A DNA stretch of 45,601 bases, from positions 62,001-107,601 of the forward strand of contig JAFGSQ010000056.1 of assembly GCA_016934535.1 (NCBI GenBank), read 5' to 3'. Under the pieces are notes generated by a model, which saw nothing but the letters and a program-made list of their open reading frames with translations, did not search any database and was not told the DNA's origin. Below, in pieces: positions 26,012-35,663 of the stretch. Every line of letters begins with the position of its first letter. The stretch's first letter is position 1. The translations under genes and the position numbers were made by a program. This DNA is from a candidate division WOR-3 bacterium (GTDB lineage Bacteria; SDB-A).

Positions 26012-27181
26012 CTATTTTTTCTGTGCCAACTCGTGAATGAGTTTGGTCATTATGATGGACCTTTGTATTTGGTTCGTACCTTCGTATATTTGAGTAATTT
26101 TTGCGTCTCTCATCATCTTTTCCACGGGATAGTCCTTCATGTATCCGTAACCACCGAGGATCTGAACGGCGTCAGTCGTCACTTTCATTGCGACGTCGCT
26201 TGCAAATACTTTTGTCATGGCTGAAAACTTGCCGATGTCCTTCGCCCCGGAGTCTATGTATTTGGCGACGGTGTAATTGAAACTTCTCGCGGCCTGAATG
26301 GAAGTTTCCATGTCGGCTAACATAAAACCTATTCCCTGAAAATTGATTATTGCCTGGTCGAACTGGATTCTTTTCGAAGCGTAATCTGCGGCCGCTTCAA
26401 AAGCTCCCTGAGCTATTCCGATGGCTTGGGAGGCGACACCCGGTCTTGAGTGATCGAAAGTATCCATCGCTATCCTAAAACCTCTTCCTTCGCCTCCGAT
26501 GAGGTTTTCTTTAGGTATTTCACAATCGTCGAAGACGAGTTCCGTGGTTATTGAAGCTCTAATTCCCAGTTTTTTTTCTTTTTTTCCGAACGAAAAACCA
26601 GCGGCTCCTTTTTCGACTATTACGGCGGAGAGTCCTCTTATCCCTTTACCGGGATTGGTCGTAACGAAGACGACGTAAATGTCAGCTTCGCTGCCTGAGG
26701 TTATGAACTGTTTGGTGCCGTTCAAAATATACCGGTTCCCCTTTAAAACGGCTTTTGTTTTAATGTTTGCCGAATCCGAACCGGCTTCAGCTTCTGTTAT
26801 AGCGAATGCGGCTAATTTTTCACCGCTTGCGATTTGAGGAAGGTACTTTTTTTTCTGCTGTTCATTCGCATGAAGAAGAAGAGGCATGGATCCAAGTCCG
26901 CTCGCGGCATAGCAAATCGCTATCCCGCCGCATATACGCGAAAGCTCCTCGGTCACTATCGAAAGTTCGGAAGCTCCACCGCCGAGTCCGTCGTAAGATT
27001 CAGGGATAAAGACCCTGAACAAATCGGCTCGGGCCAATTCGGCGAGTATTTCTCTCGGAAAAGTTTCGTTTTCGTCGAATTCCGCGCGAATTGGAAGGAT
27101 TTTTTCCTCGGCGATTTTCCTCGTCAGGTATTTTATTTCATTTTGCTCCTCGGTGTAAAAAAAATCTGTCGGCGAATTCAT
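26012..27181 (-). CDS. Short/branched-chain acyl-CoA dehydrogenase
   Basis: FAITEAEAGSD, LNGTKQFIT, KLGIRAS, QILGGYGY, IYEGTNQIQR. Confidence 0.95.
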   Translation of the reverse strand: MNSPTDFFYTEEQNEIKYLTRKIAEEKILPIRAEFDENETFPREILAELARADLFRVFIPESYDGLGGGASELSIVTEELSRICGGIAICYAASGLGSMPLLLHANEQQKKKYLPQIASGEKLAAFAITEAEAGSDSANIKTKAVLKGNRYILNGTKQFITSGSEADIYVVFVTTNPGKGIRGLSAVIVEKGAAGFSFGKKEKKLGIRASITTELVFDDCEIPKENLIGGEGRGFRIAMDTFDHSRPGVASQAIGIAQGAFEAAADYASKRIQFDQAIINFQGIGFMLADMETSIQAARSFNYTVAKYIDSGAKDIGKFSAMTKVFASDVAMKVTTDAVQILGGYGYMKDYPVEKMMRDAKITQIYEGTNQIQRSIIMTKLIHELAQKK

Positions 27182-28495
27182 TCACTCCTCCTTTTCCGAA
27201 TCGAGAATCCTTTTGAAAATCAAATCAACATTTTCTATAAATTTATCTTCGTCGGCTGTACGTCGAATCTCCTCAATTGTGAAAAATCCGGAAAAAGCTT
27301 TGTCCTTTTCCAGAATTTCAGATAACGAAATTCCATTCTCCTGCGCTTTCAGCGCAGCAGATTGAATTATCCTGTAAGCCTCGTCCCTGTTTACCCCTTT
27401 TTCGCATAGTTTTAAAAGAAACGCTCCGGATAAATACCTCTGCCCGGACTTTTCCTTGTTCTGTTTCATTCTGCCTGCGTCCGTTGAGAGGTTCTCAATA
27501 ATATACTCCATTTTTCTGAGCATATAAAGCAATATACTCGTCGCTTGCGGTAAAACAATTCTTTCCACCGACGAATGGCTTATGTCTCTTTCATCCCACA
27601 AAGACACGTTTTCCAGAGACGCGGAAGTATAACCCCTGAAAAGCCTTGCGAGTCCGCAAATTCTTTCGCAAATAACCGGATTCTTTTTATGAGGCATCGC
27701 TGAGGATCCTTTCTGGCCGACAGAGAAAGGTTCTCCGAGTTCGGCTGTTTCCGTTCTCTGCAAAAGCCTTATCTGCAGAGCCGTCCTTTCAAGAGCGGCT
27801 GCCAAATGAGCGAGAGCCATGACAAAATAAAGATGGCGGTCTCTCGGAACAACCTGTGTGGCGACCGGTTCTGTTTTAAGTCCGAGGATGTCGAGAGTCC
27901 TTTCCTCAAGGGAAGGATCGAGATTTCCGTAAATACCTACAGGCCCTGATATTTTGCCGTACCTGACGTTTTCAGTTGCTTCTTTCAGTATTTTGAGGGA
28001 TCGTTTGAAATTTTCCCTGTGTGACAGAAGCTTCACTCCGAGCGTGACAGGTTCGGCGTGAACACCGTGGGTTCTTCCCATCATAACCAGATGTTTTGTC
28101 TCCAGAGCCTTTATTTTCGTTTTTTCTATGAGAGATTCGAGGGATTTCAGGATTATGTTTCCCGCTTCGATTAAAATTAAAGCCTGAGCCGTGTCGAGAA
28201 CGTCGGAAGAAGTCATGCCGAAGTGTATGTGCCTGGAAGGTTCTCCGACTTTTTCGGATACGGAGCTGAGGAAAGCAATGACGTCGTGCTGAACTTCATT
28301 TTCAATTTCTCTTATTCTGTTCAGATCGAAACCGGCCTTTTCCTCTATCACGTTGAATTCTTCTTTAGGAATCAATCCTTTTTCCATTCTCGCTCTGCAG
28401 GCGGCTATTTCGACTTTCAGCCATGTCCTGAATTTGTTGTCTTCCGACCAGAGTTCTTTCATCTCCGGGAGCGTGTATCTGTCCAAAAGGCTCAT
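27182..28495 (-). CDS. purB: Adenylosuccinate lyase
   Basis: [40 protein letters not shown]; start ATG 28495 (MSLLDRY) after GAGAGGA. Confidence 0.96.
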   Translation of the reverse strand: MSLLDRYTLPEMKELWSEDNKFRTWLKVEIAACRARMEKGLIPKEEFNVIEEKAGFDLNRIREIENEVQHDVIAFLSSVSEKVGEPSRHIHFGMTSSDVLDTAQALILIEAGNIILKSLESLIEKTKIKALETKHLVMMGRTHGVHAEPVTLGVKLLSHRENFKRSLKILKEATENVRYGKISGPVGIYGNLDPSLEERTLDILGLKTEPVATQVVPRDRHLYFVMALAHLAAALERTALQIRLLQRTETAELGEPFSVGQKGSSAMPHKKNPVICERICGLARLFRGYTSASLENVSLWDERDISHSSVERIVLPQATSILLYMLRKMEYIIENLSTDAGRMKQNKEKSGQRYLSGAFLLKLCEKGVNRDEAYRIIQSAALKAQENGISLSEILEKDKAFSGFFTIEEIRRTADEDKFIENVDLIFKRILDSEKEE

Positions 28496-28508
28496 GTCTG
28501 TCCTCTCT

Positions 28509-29297
28509 TTACGTTCCGGTAAACAGGTTTGTGAAGCTTTCCGCGTAAAAATTCCTATCCTCATCCGAGTATATGACTCTGTAAAGATAAAGTCCATCTG
28601 CCGGGGCTGTGAATCCTCCGTATTTTCTACTTCTCAATGACAATGAGAGAGCCGTTTGAGAAGTCGCTGTTTTTCCTCTTCCGATATCGTACAGCATTCC
28701 TACCAGGGATCTCAGCATTTTGTGAAGGAACCTGTCTGCGGCAAAAAAAAATAAAAGTCCGTTTCGGATTTCGTGTATCTCTGCTTTCCTGAGGTCGACA
28801 AAAGTGTTGCTTTTGAGGCTTTTGGCGATGCAAAAAGACGAAAAGTCATGTTTCCCGGTTATACCGCTTAATGCCTCTTTCATGTTTTCAACGCAGAGTC
28901 TTTTTTTCAGCTGCCATACAAGACCTCTTGTGAAAGGATTTCCGTTTGAATATTCTATCCTGTAAACATATTGTCTTTCTTTCGCGCTTTTTGTCGAATG
29001 AAAAGACGGATTTTCTGTAAAGAGTTCAAGAACTGTCATATCCTGCGGCAATTTTGAATTGACAGCTCTCAGAAGATCCGTATCACCGAGGCTCGTAGAG
29101 GAGTCAAAGTGAGCGGTTTGTCCGATAGCGTGAACGCCTGTGTCCGTTCTGCCGGCTCCTGTAACGCGTGATTTCTCGTCAGTAATTGTCAGAACGGCTT
29201 TTTCCAATTCGCCTTGCACTGTTCGGAGACCGCTTTGGAACTGCCAGCCGTAGAATTGCCTGCCGACGTAAGATGTTTTTATCCGTATTCTTCTCAA
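28509..29297 (-). CDS. truA: tRNA pseudouridine(38-40) synthase
   Basis: FYGWQ, TVQGELE, GAGRTDTGVHAIGQ, HDFSSF, FLHKMLR, TAPADGL; likely TTG 29297 (TTGA overlap, GGAG upstream). Confidence 0.95.
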   Translation of the reverse strand: MRRIRIKTSYVGRQFYGWQFQSGLRTVQGELEKAVLTITDEKSRVTGAGRTDTGVHAIGQTAHFDSSTSLGDTDLLRAVNSKLPQDMTVLELFTENPSFHSTKSAKERQYVYRIEYSNGNPFTRGLVWQLKKRLCVENMKEALSGITGKHDFSSFCIAKSLKSNTFVDLRKAEIHEIRNGLLFFFAADRFLHKMLRSLVGMLYDIGRGKTATSQTALSLSLRSRKYGGFTAPADGLYLYRVIYSDEDRNFYAESFTNLFTGT

Positions 29298-29929
29298 AAC
29301 AGGAATCTCCAAGACGAAAAGAGAATTATGAACGAATACAACAGAGTGTCACCCAAACGGAACAGAACGGTTTTGCCGGGAAAGTTCAAATCGTCGGTGT
29401 CACGGAATCCTCTCGAACTGAGAGACAGAAACAAGTCACGCTTCCGGTGTTCTATTTTCAGAACGCTCCAGTTTGCGAGCATCGGGAAAAGAGTCATACT
29501 ACCAGGTATTTTTTGCCCGTTGATTTTTACAGTCAAGACAGCTCCCTTCAATTCTGATCTGATAAAAGGAGCGAAACTCGACGAGATTTCACAAATCATG
29601 TAGAGGCTCTTCATTATTGCAGATTTGCCCGTAAATGGGAGAGACAACAAATCGTCTACAGAAAATATTCCCGCGAAAAAGAAAGAAAAGTAAAGCATTG
29701 AAATCAGCTTCCAAACTTCCGGTTTTGCGGGGAAACCCATATTATGGAGGACAATAAAAACCAGCGTTCCGAAAAGAGGGTGCAAAGCCTTTTTTATGGA
29801 GCCTGAAAGTGAAAGGAATATAGCGACGGAAGAAAAAATTAAAGCAGAAAAAAGCAAAGAAGGAGAACAAAGTAATAAGAATGAAGAAAAAAAAACGAAA
29901 ATGATTTTTGACATAGATGAAAAAGGCAA
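29294..29929 (-). CDS. Divergent EcfT/CbiQ-like membrane protein
   Basis: Hydrophobic N-half; FAPFIRSE and LSLSSRGF resemble EcfT F(I/V)PxxxxE and AMxARG(F/Y); final TM after RLGD; position directly upstream of truA. Confidence 0.55.
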   Translation of the reverse strand: MPFSSMSKIIFVFFSSFLLLCSPSLLFSALIFSSVAIFLSLSGSIKKALHPLFGTLVFIVLHNMGFPAKPEVWKLISMLYFSFFFAGIFSVDDLLSLPFTGKSAIMKSLYMICEISSSFAPFIRSELKGAVLTVKINGQKIPGSMTLFPMLANWSVLKIEHRKRDLFLSLSSRGFRDTDDLNFPGKTVLFRLGDTLLYSFIILFSSWRFLF

Positions 29930-29931
29930 AC

Positions 29932-31680
29932 TTAAACCGCTTTTTGGTAATGTCTTTCAAGGCAGGCTTGAATGAATCCTTTAAATAGTGGAGAGGGGTC
30001 TATAAGACTCGACTTGAATTCCGGATGAGCTTGGGTGGCTATGAAGAATGGATGGTTTTTCAGTTCAATGAATTCCATGAGAGGCTCTTCGTTCTCATGA
30101 CGAAGATGAAATCCCGAGAAAACAATGCCGGCTTTTTCGAACCTGGATATGTAATCCGGATTGACTTCATATCTGTGTCTGTGCCTTTCTATGATTTCAG
30201 TGAATTTGTCTTGTTTGGGAACCGCTCCCAGTCTGAAGCTTTCCGATCCCTTAAAAAGCGTTTCTATTATCAGCGCGTCCTTTTTTACTCTTTCTGTTTC
30301 AAGGTAAAGCGATTCGACTTTAGTGCCTTTTTTTATGTTGGCGAGATAAGCACCGAGTCTCATGGTCGCTCCGTATCTGGAATGCTGCATTGCCTCTTCC
30401 TGAGAAGGCAGAAGAGTGATGACGGGATGAGGTGTGCCGGGTTCGTTTTCCGTCGAATCGGCGTTATCAAGATTCAAAATGTTTCTGGCGGTTTCAACCA
30501 GAGCGAGCTGCATTCCGAGGCAAAGGCCGAGATAAGGAATGCCGCATGTCCTGGCAACATTTATTGCATTGATTTTTCCTTCGACTCCGAGTTTACCGAA
30601 TCCTCCCGGAACTATTATTCCGTCGAGATTTTCCAGAACTGATCTGCATTCGCTTCCCGATTCGACAGATCCGGCGTTGATCCAGCATATTTTCACCCTG
30701 CAATCGAGATTCGCTCCGGCGTGTTCGAGAGCGTGTTTGACAGAAATGTAAGCGTCTTCGAGCTGATAATTTCCCGTTTCGATATATTTGCCTATCATCC
30801 CCATAGATATTTCCTTAGACGGATTGGTTATGCGTGAAACGAGTTTTTGCCATTCTGCCCAGTTTCCTTCTTTAATCGGCTTGAGATTGAGGGTCATCAG
30901 AATTTTTTTTCCGAGGCTTTCCCTTTCGAAATTCAACGGCACTGAATATACAGAAGAAATATCCGGTGCAGAAATGACCATGTCAGCCGGGATGTTCGCA
31001 TAAATCTCAATCTTCTTTTTTCTGACCTGATCGGTCTCGGTCTTGGCTCTGCAGAGAATAATGTCGGGAAAAATGCCGTGTTGAGAGAGAAGTTTGATAG
31101 CCTGCTGAGTAGGTTTGGTTTTCATTTCTCCAATGTTTCCGGGGATCGGCAGGTAGGTCAGGAGCACGTAAGAAAAACTGCCTGCTCCCAGTTTCCTTTC
31201 CAGGCTTTTTAATGCGAACAAAAAAGGTATGTTTTCATAGTCTCCTATCGTTCCGCCGATTTCTATTACCGCTATGTCGTGATCTTTTGTAGATTCTTCA
31301 ATCCTGTGTATTATCTCATCCGGGATGTGAGGAATGAATTGGACGGTTTCGCCTAAAAATTTGCCGCTTCTTTCTTTTTCAATGACAGACCAGTACACCT
31401 GGCCGGTTGTTATGTTATTTTTTTTCGGAATTTGTTCGCCGATAAATCTTTCATAGTTACCAAGATCCTGGTCTATCTCGCCGCCGTCATCTGTCACCCA
31501 GACTTCGCCGTGTTCAGTGGGTCTAAGAGTGCCGGCGTCGAAATTTATGTAGGGATCGATCTTAACGGCGGTAGTCCTGTATCCATACTCTATGAGGATT
31601 TTTGCTATGGAAGCGGATGCGATGCCTTTGCCGACTCCGCTTATGACGCCTCCAACGACAACGACGTATTTATTTGCCAT
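29932..31680 (-). CDS. pyrG: CTP synthase
   Basis: GGVISGVGKG, KIDPYIN, KTKPTQ, VPGGFG, GLCLGMQ, ERHRHRYE, HPEFKS. Confidence 0.97.
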   Translation of the reverse strand: MANKYVVVVGGVISGVGKGIASASIAKILIEYGYRTTAVKIDPYINFDAGTLRPTEHGEVWVTDDGGEIDQDLGNYERFIGEQIPKKNNITTGQVYWSVIEKERSGKFLGETVQFIPHIPDEIIHRIEESTKDHDIAVIEIGGTIGDYENIPFLFALKSLERKLGAGSFSYVLLTYLPIPGNIGEMKTKPTQQAIKLLSQHGIFPDIILCRAKTETDQVRKKKIEIYANIPADMVISAPDISSVYSVPLNFERESLGKKILMTLNLKPIKEGNWAEWQKLVSRITNPSKEISMGMIGKYIETGNYQLEDAYISVKHALEHAGANLDCRVKICWINAGSVESGSECRSVLENLDGIIVPGGFGKLGVEGKINAINVARTCGIPYLGLCLGMQLALVETARNILNLDNADSTENEPGTPHPVITLLPSQEEAMQHSRYGATMRLGAYLANIKKGTKVESLYLETERVKKDALIIETLFKGSESFRLGAVPKQDKFTEIIERHRHRYEVNPDYISRFEKAGIVFSGFHLRHENEEPLMEFIELKNHPFFIATQAHPEFKSSLIDPSPLFKGFIQACLERHYQKAV

Positions 31681-32422
31681 TAAAATTTTCTCCCTTTATT
31701 AGATTACTGGCTTTTATGAAGTCCTCTTCAGTATCTATACCGAAAGAAGGTTTTTCCGCAGCCACAAGTTTTATTTTCGCGCCCATTTCGAGCGTTCTCA
31801 GCTGTTCCAGTTTCTCGATATCTTCGAGGACTCCTGTCGGAGTGTCGGAGAATCTGAGTAAAAATTCTTTTTTATAAACGTAAAGTCCGAGGTGGCGGAG
31901 ATAATTGACAGGTTTCCCGTCTCTCGAAAACGGTATTTTAGCTCTTGAAAAATACAGGGCGTAATTTTTTTTGTCTGCGACTATTTTGACAGTCGAGGGA
32001 GAAGAGGGATTGTCGTTTTCAGAAAAAGGAACAAATAAAGTGGAAACGTCGGCCCCGGGGTCTTCCTTAAGAGCGCTCACGGCTTTGTCAATATCCCTGA
32101 AATCTAGAAACGGTTCGTCTCCCTGAATGTTCGCCACTATTTCAGCAGAAGGGTAATTACGGGCCACCCATGCAACTCTGTCTGATCCACTCGGCAGTTC
32201 CGGAGTTAATATGCACTCGACGTTTTTCAGGGACGAAGCTTTTTCAATTATTTTCTCGGAATCTGCAGCTATAATGATTTTGTCAATAGTTTCGCTTTTG
32301 AGTGCATTTTCAGCCGCCCAAAAGAAAAGAGGCTTCCCGCCGAGCTCCAAAAGAGGCTTGAAGGGAAGCCTTGTAGAGCCAATCCTCAAGGGTATGACGC
32401 CGAGGATCATGCTTTCTCTCAC
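31670..32422 (-). CDS. kdsB: 3-deoxy-manno-octulosonate cytidylyltransferase
   Basis: IPLRIGSTRLPFKPL, SGSDRV, NIQGDEP, ALYFSRAKIP, HLGLYVY, EKLEQLR. Confidence 0.93.
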   Translation of the reverse strand: MRESMILGVIPLRIGSTRLPFKPLLELGGKPLFFWAAENALKSETIDKIIIAADSEKIIEKASSLKNVECILTPELPSGSDRVAWVARNYPSAEIVANIQGDEPFLDFRDIDKAVSALKEDPGADVSTLFVPFSENDNPSSPSTVKIVADKKNYALYFSRAKIPFSRDGKPVNYLRHLGLYVYKKEFLLRFSDTPTGVLEDIEKLEQLRTLEMGAKIKLVAAEKPSFGIDTEEDFIKASNLIKGENFNGK

Positions 32423-32437
32423 TAAACCCTCAAAGCA

Positions 32438-34087
32438 TCAGGATTCTGTGTCTTTACTCTGAGAATCTGACGGAGCCGCTTCTTTTTCTGATAAAAGTAT
32501 TCTGCGGCCGTCGGAGGACATCTCTATGATCTTGAGGTCCAGATTGTCTCCAATTTTGTAAACATCGGAGGGTTTCTTTATGTTGTCGTTGACGAGATGA
32601 GAAAAAGGAACGAAACCTCTCGCGTTGTCCTCAATTTTAACAACGATGCCTCTGTCCTTGAGTTCGACAATGCTGCCAATTATGTTGTCTCCGGGTTGAT
32701 GGGAAGAGATGAATTTCTGAACCGGGTCTTCTTCGAGTTGTTTTATACCGAGAGAAATTTTCTTCGATTCCTTGTCTATCTTGAGGACTTTGCACTGAAC
32801 GGATTTTCCTTCTTTTAATATTTGCCTGGGAGTCTCTATTCTTTCCACCCAGGACATGTCGGACACGTGAATTAATCCGTCTATGCCTTCTTCAAGCTGA
32901 ACGAAGGCGCCGAAGTTGGTAATAGTTCGGATTTTGCCTTCGACGATTGAACCGACCGGATATTTTTCCTCTATGGTTTCCCACGGGTCAGGATGCACCT
33001 GTTTGAGACCGAGAGATATTCTCTGCTTGTCGGCGTCTATATTGAGGACGATAGCTTCTACGGCCTGATCGACGTCTAAAATGTCGGAAGGCTTTTTGAT
33101 GTGTTTAGTCCACGACATCTCGGAAATGTGAATGAGACCTTCGACCCCTTTCTCAATTTCGACAAAAGCACCGTAGTCTGTCATCGAGACTACTTTTCCG
33201 TTGACCTTTGTTCCTTCGGGATACTTTTCTGTTATGTTTTTCCACGGGTCGGGGACGAGTTGTTTCATACCGAGAGAAACTCTGTTTTTTTCTTTCTCAA
33301 TACCGATTACCATGACTTGAACTGTGTCTCCAATGGAAAGCACTTCGCTGGGATGCTGAATCCTGCCCCAGGAAATATCGGTGATGTGAAGAAGGCCGTC
33401 AATTCCTCCGAGGTCTATGAAGGCTCCGAAGGGAGTAATATTCTTGACTTTGCCTTCGAGAACCGAGTTCACGTCGAGATCGTGAAACAGTTGTTTCTTC
33501 TTTTGTTCTCTGTCTTCTTCGAGTATCTGTCTTCTAGACACGACTATGTTTCTTCTTTTCCAGTTCAATTTGATTATCCTGAAAAGGAATTTTTTGGCGA
33601 CTAGTGAGTCCATGTCTTTGCAGGGTCTGAGATCTATCTGGCTTCCGGGCAGAAAAGCTTCCACTCCGAAAACAGAGACAATCATTCCGCCTTTGACCCT
33701 TCTTGTTACAGTCCCTTCGACCGGTGACTTGTCGTCGTAAGCAGCTTTAATGTCGTCCCAGACTTTAATAAAATCGGCTTTCTGTTTGGACACAACTGCG
33801 AAGCCTTCTTCTCCTTCGAGTTCTTCAAGAAAAACCTCGATCGTATCGCCGACTTTCAGCGCAAAATCTTCAGGGAATTCAGATGCCGAGAGAACTCCCT
33901 CGCTTTTCTGACAAATGTCGAGAACGATGTCTTTGGGCCCTATCCTGACGACAGTTCCTTTGACTATTTTTCCTTCTTCGAGAGTGGGAGAATATTTATC
34001 GATGAGAACCGAAAGCTCGTCATCGGTTATGTCCCAGATTTCAAAATTCTTCTGTTTTTCGCTTTCCACAACGTTCTGATTGTCCAA
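32438..34087 (-). CDS. rpsA: 30S ribosomal protein S1 (six S1 repeats)
   Basis: AFLPGSQID, FGAFIDLGGIDGLLHITDISW, YGAFVEIEKGVEGLIHISEMSW; start TTG 34087, 5 nt after GGAGG (34093-34097). Confidence 0.96.
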   Translation of the reverse strand: MDNQNVVESEKQKNFEIWDITDDELSVLIDKYSPTLEEGKIVKGTVVRIGPKDIVLDICQKSEGVLSASEFPEDFALKVGDTIEVFLEELEGEEGFAVVSKQKADFIKVWDDIKAAYDDKSPVEGTVTRRVKGGMIVSVFGVEAFLPGSQIDLRPCKDMDSLVAKKFLFRIIKLNWKRRNIVVSRRQILEEDREQKKKQLFHDLDVNSVLEGKVKNITPFGAFIDLGGIDGLLHITDISWGRIQHPSEVLSIGDTVQVMVIGIEKEKNRVSLGMKQLVPDPWKNITEKYPEGTKVNGKVVSMTDYGAFVEIEKGVEGLIHISEMSWTKHIKKPSDILDVDQAVEAIVLNIDADKQRISLGLKQVHPDPWETIEEKYPVGSIVEGKIRTITNFGAFVQLEEGIDGLIHVSDMSWVERIETPRQILKEGKSVQCKVLKIDKESKKISLGIKQLEEDPVQKFISSHQPGDNIIGSIVELKDRGIVVKIEDNARGFVPFSHLVNDNIKKPSDVYKIGDNLDLKIIEMSSDGRRILLSEKEAAPSDSQSKDTES

Positions 34088-34158
34088 TATTTCCTCCACG
34101 AGACATACGGTTAGATTGTTAGAAACATTTTCTCTGTCACTGCATTTATCAGCGGTTG

Positions 34159-35016
34159 TTAAAGGCAAAATTCTTCGACAGCTCTTTTTACATCTTCAAT
34201 CACCGAGAGAGGGGTAGAAGCCCCCCCGGTTATTCCAACGCATCCGGCTTCGTCGAAAAATTCACGACGTATCTCTTCGGGGCTTTCTATTTGAAAAGCC
34301 TTGTAGCCTTTTTCAAGCAGGAAATTCGTAAGCTCTCTCGTGTTAGAGCTGTTTTTTCCGCCCACCACTATATTTACGTCTGTTTTTTCAGCTACGCTCA
34401 GCGACTCTGTTCTTCTGATATATGTCGCGTTGCATATTGTATTGTAGACTAAAATCTCCTTATAAAGCAAGACAATTTCACCGGTGATTTTTTTGAATTC
34501 GTTTCCGGAAAAAGTCGTCTGAACTATTATTACAGTTTTGACGTCCGGTTTGAAGTTTAAATTTTTTACTTCGTCGAAAGAGCCGATCACGATAGCGTTG
34601 TAAAGACTGTGAGAAAGCAAGGCTTTGACTTCGGGGTGCTCTTTTTTTCCAATGATTATAAGCTGGTTTTCCTTTTTAGAATTCTGATCTGCGATTATCT
34701 GGGCTTTTTTTACGAAAGGACATGTTGTGTCTACTATGCTGAAGTGAAGTCTTTTCGCCTTTTCAATGACTTCGAGCGGAACTCCGTGACTTCTAAGAAT
34801 AAGCTTTCCCGGCTCGACGGCTTCGAGATCCTTTTCGTCGATGGTTACGGCCCCTTTTTCCTCGAGCATTTTCACGGTCTGCGGATTGTGGATAATTTCT
34901 CCGAGTATGTAGATTTTTTCGTTTGCTTCAGAAGAATCGAGCACTTCTTCCGCCATTTTCACCGCTCTTTTGACGCCGAAGCAGAAACCTGCATTTTCAG
35001 CTATTATTACCTGCAT
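34159..35016 (-). CDS. ispH: 4-hydroxy-3-methylbut-2-enyl diphosphate reductase
   Basis: AGFCFGVKRA, IIHNP, RSHGV, DTTCPFV, HPEV, NTICNAT, SSNT, GASTP; start ATG 35016. Confidence 0.95.
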   Translation of the reverse strand: MQVIIAENAGFCFGVKRAVKMAEEVLDSSEANEKIYILGEIIHNPQTVKMLEEKGAVTIDEKDLEAVEPGKLILRSHGVPLEVIEKAKRLHFSIVDTTCPFVKKAQIIADQNSKKENQLIIIGKKEHPEVKALLSHSLYNAIVIGSFDEVKNLNFKPDVKTVIIVQTTFSGNEFKKITGEIVLLYKEILVYNTICNATYIRRTESLSVAEKTDVNIVVGGKNSSNTRELTNFLLEKGYKAFQIESPEEIRREFFDEAGCVGITGGASTPLSVIEDVKRAVEEFCL

Positions 35017-35663
35017 AATTCTTTCATCTGTTTCTTCCAGATTGCCGCCATTGTGTCTGCTGTTCTGGACGCCGGCATTGTTCCTGAAAAAGGATGTATC
35101 GGTTTTCCGAACTTTACATCTACGCGCATTTTGCCTTTCAACAAGTCTTCTTTCAATGGATTCTTGTATTTTATAAAACAAGGAACCAGCGGAACTTTAG
35201 TTTTTATAGAAAGAAAAGCCGCTCCCGATTTGATTTCTTCCAACTGATTGTCGATTTTCCTTGTGCCTTCAGGAAAAACCATCAGAACGTACCCTTTGTT
35301 CAGGACGGAAAGCGCTTTTTTAATTGCCGATAAGTCTTTACCAGTTCTGTCGATTTTGATCGAATTGTATAAAGTCAAAACCGCGCTGTAAAGAGGATGA
35401 ACCAAAAAAAGTTCTTTTTTAGCGAGAAAATAACACATTCTCGGATATATGCTGAATGCGGCCACCGGAGGATCGAAATTATTTTGATGATTCGGCGCAA
35501 GTATGAATGCTCTATCCAAAGGGAGGTTTTCCGAACCTTGTATTCTCAAGCCGAGAACATGTCTGAAAAAGAAGCTTGCTACAAAATGTGAAAAAGACCA
35601 AAGAGCAGAAGGTCGGGGAATCAGAGTCCTATGTCGGCTGTTATCTTTTCTACGACTTGGCAT
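35007..35663 (-). CDS. plsC: 1-acyl-sn-glycerol-3-phosphate acyltransferase
   Basis: NHQNNFD (HX4D), FLAKKELF, FPEGTR. Start uncertain (ATG 35663 overlaps cmk by 43 nt). Confidence 0.88.
   Translation of the reverse strand: MPSRRKDNSRHRTLIPRPSALWSFSHFVASFFFRHVLGLRIQGSENLPLDRAFILAPNHQNNFDPPVAAFSIYPRMCYFLAKKELFLVHPLYSAVLTLYNSIKIDRTGKDLSAIKKALSVLNKGYVLMVFPEGTRKIDNQLEEIKSGAAFLSIKTKVPLVPCFIKYKNPLKEDLLKGKMRVDVKFGKPIHPFSGTMPASRTADTMAAIWKKQMKELCR

Noticed and set aside
32860-33440. Repeated nucleotide motifs in rpsA (also the Cys motifs in topA and TPRs in the cyclase)
   Set aside because: Explained by normal protein domain repeats.
32438-35016. IspH-RpsA fusion or frameshift
   Set aside because: ispH has its own stop at 34159 and rpsA its own RBS and TTG start; two separate genes.
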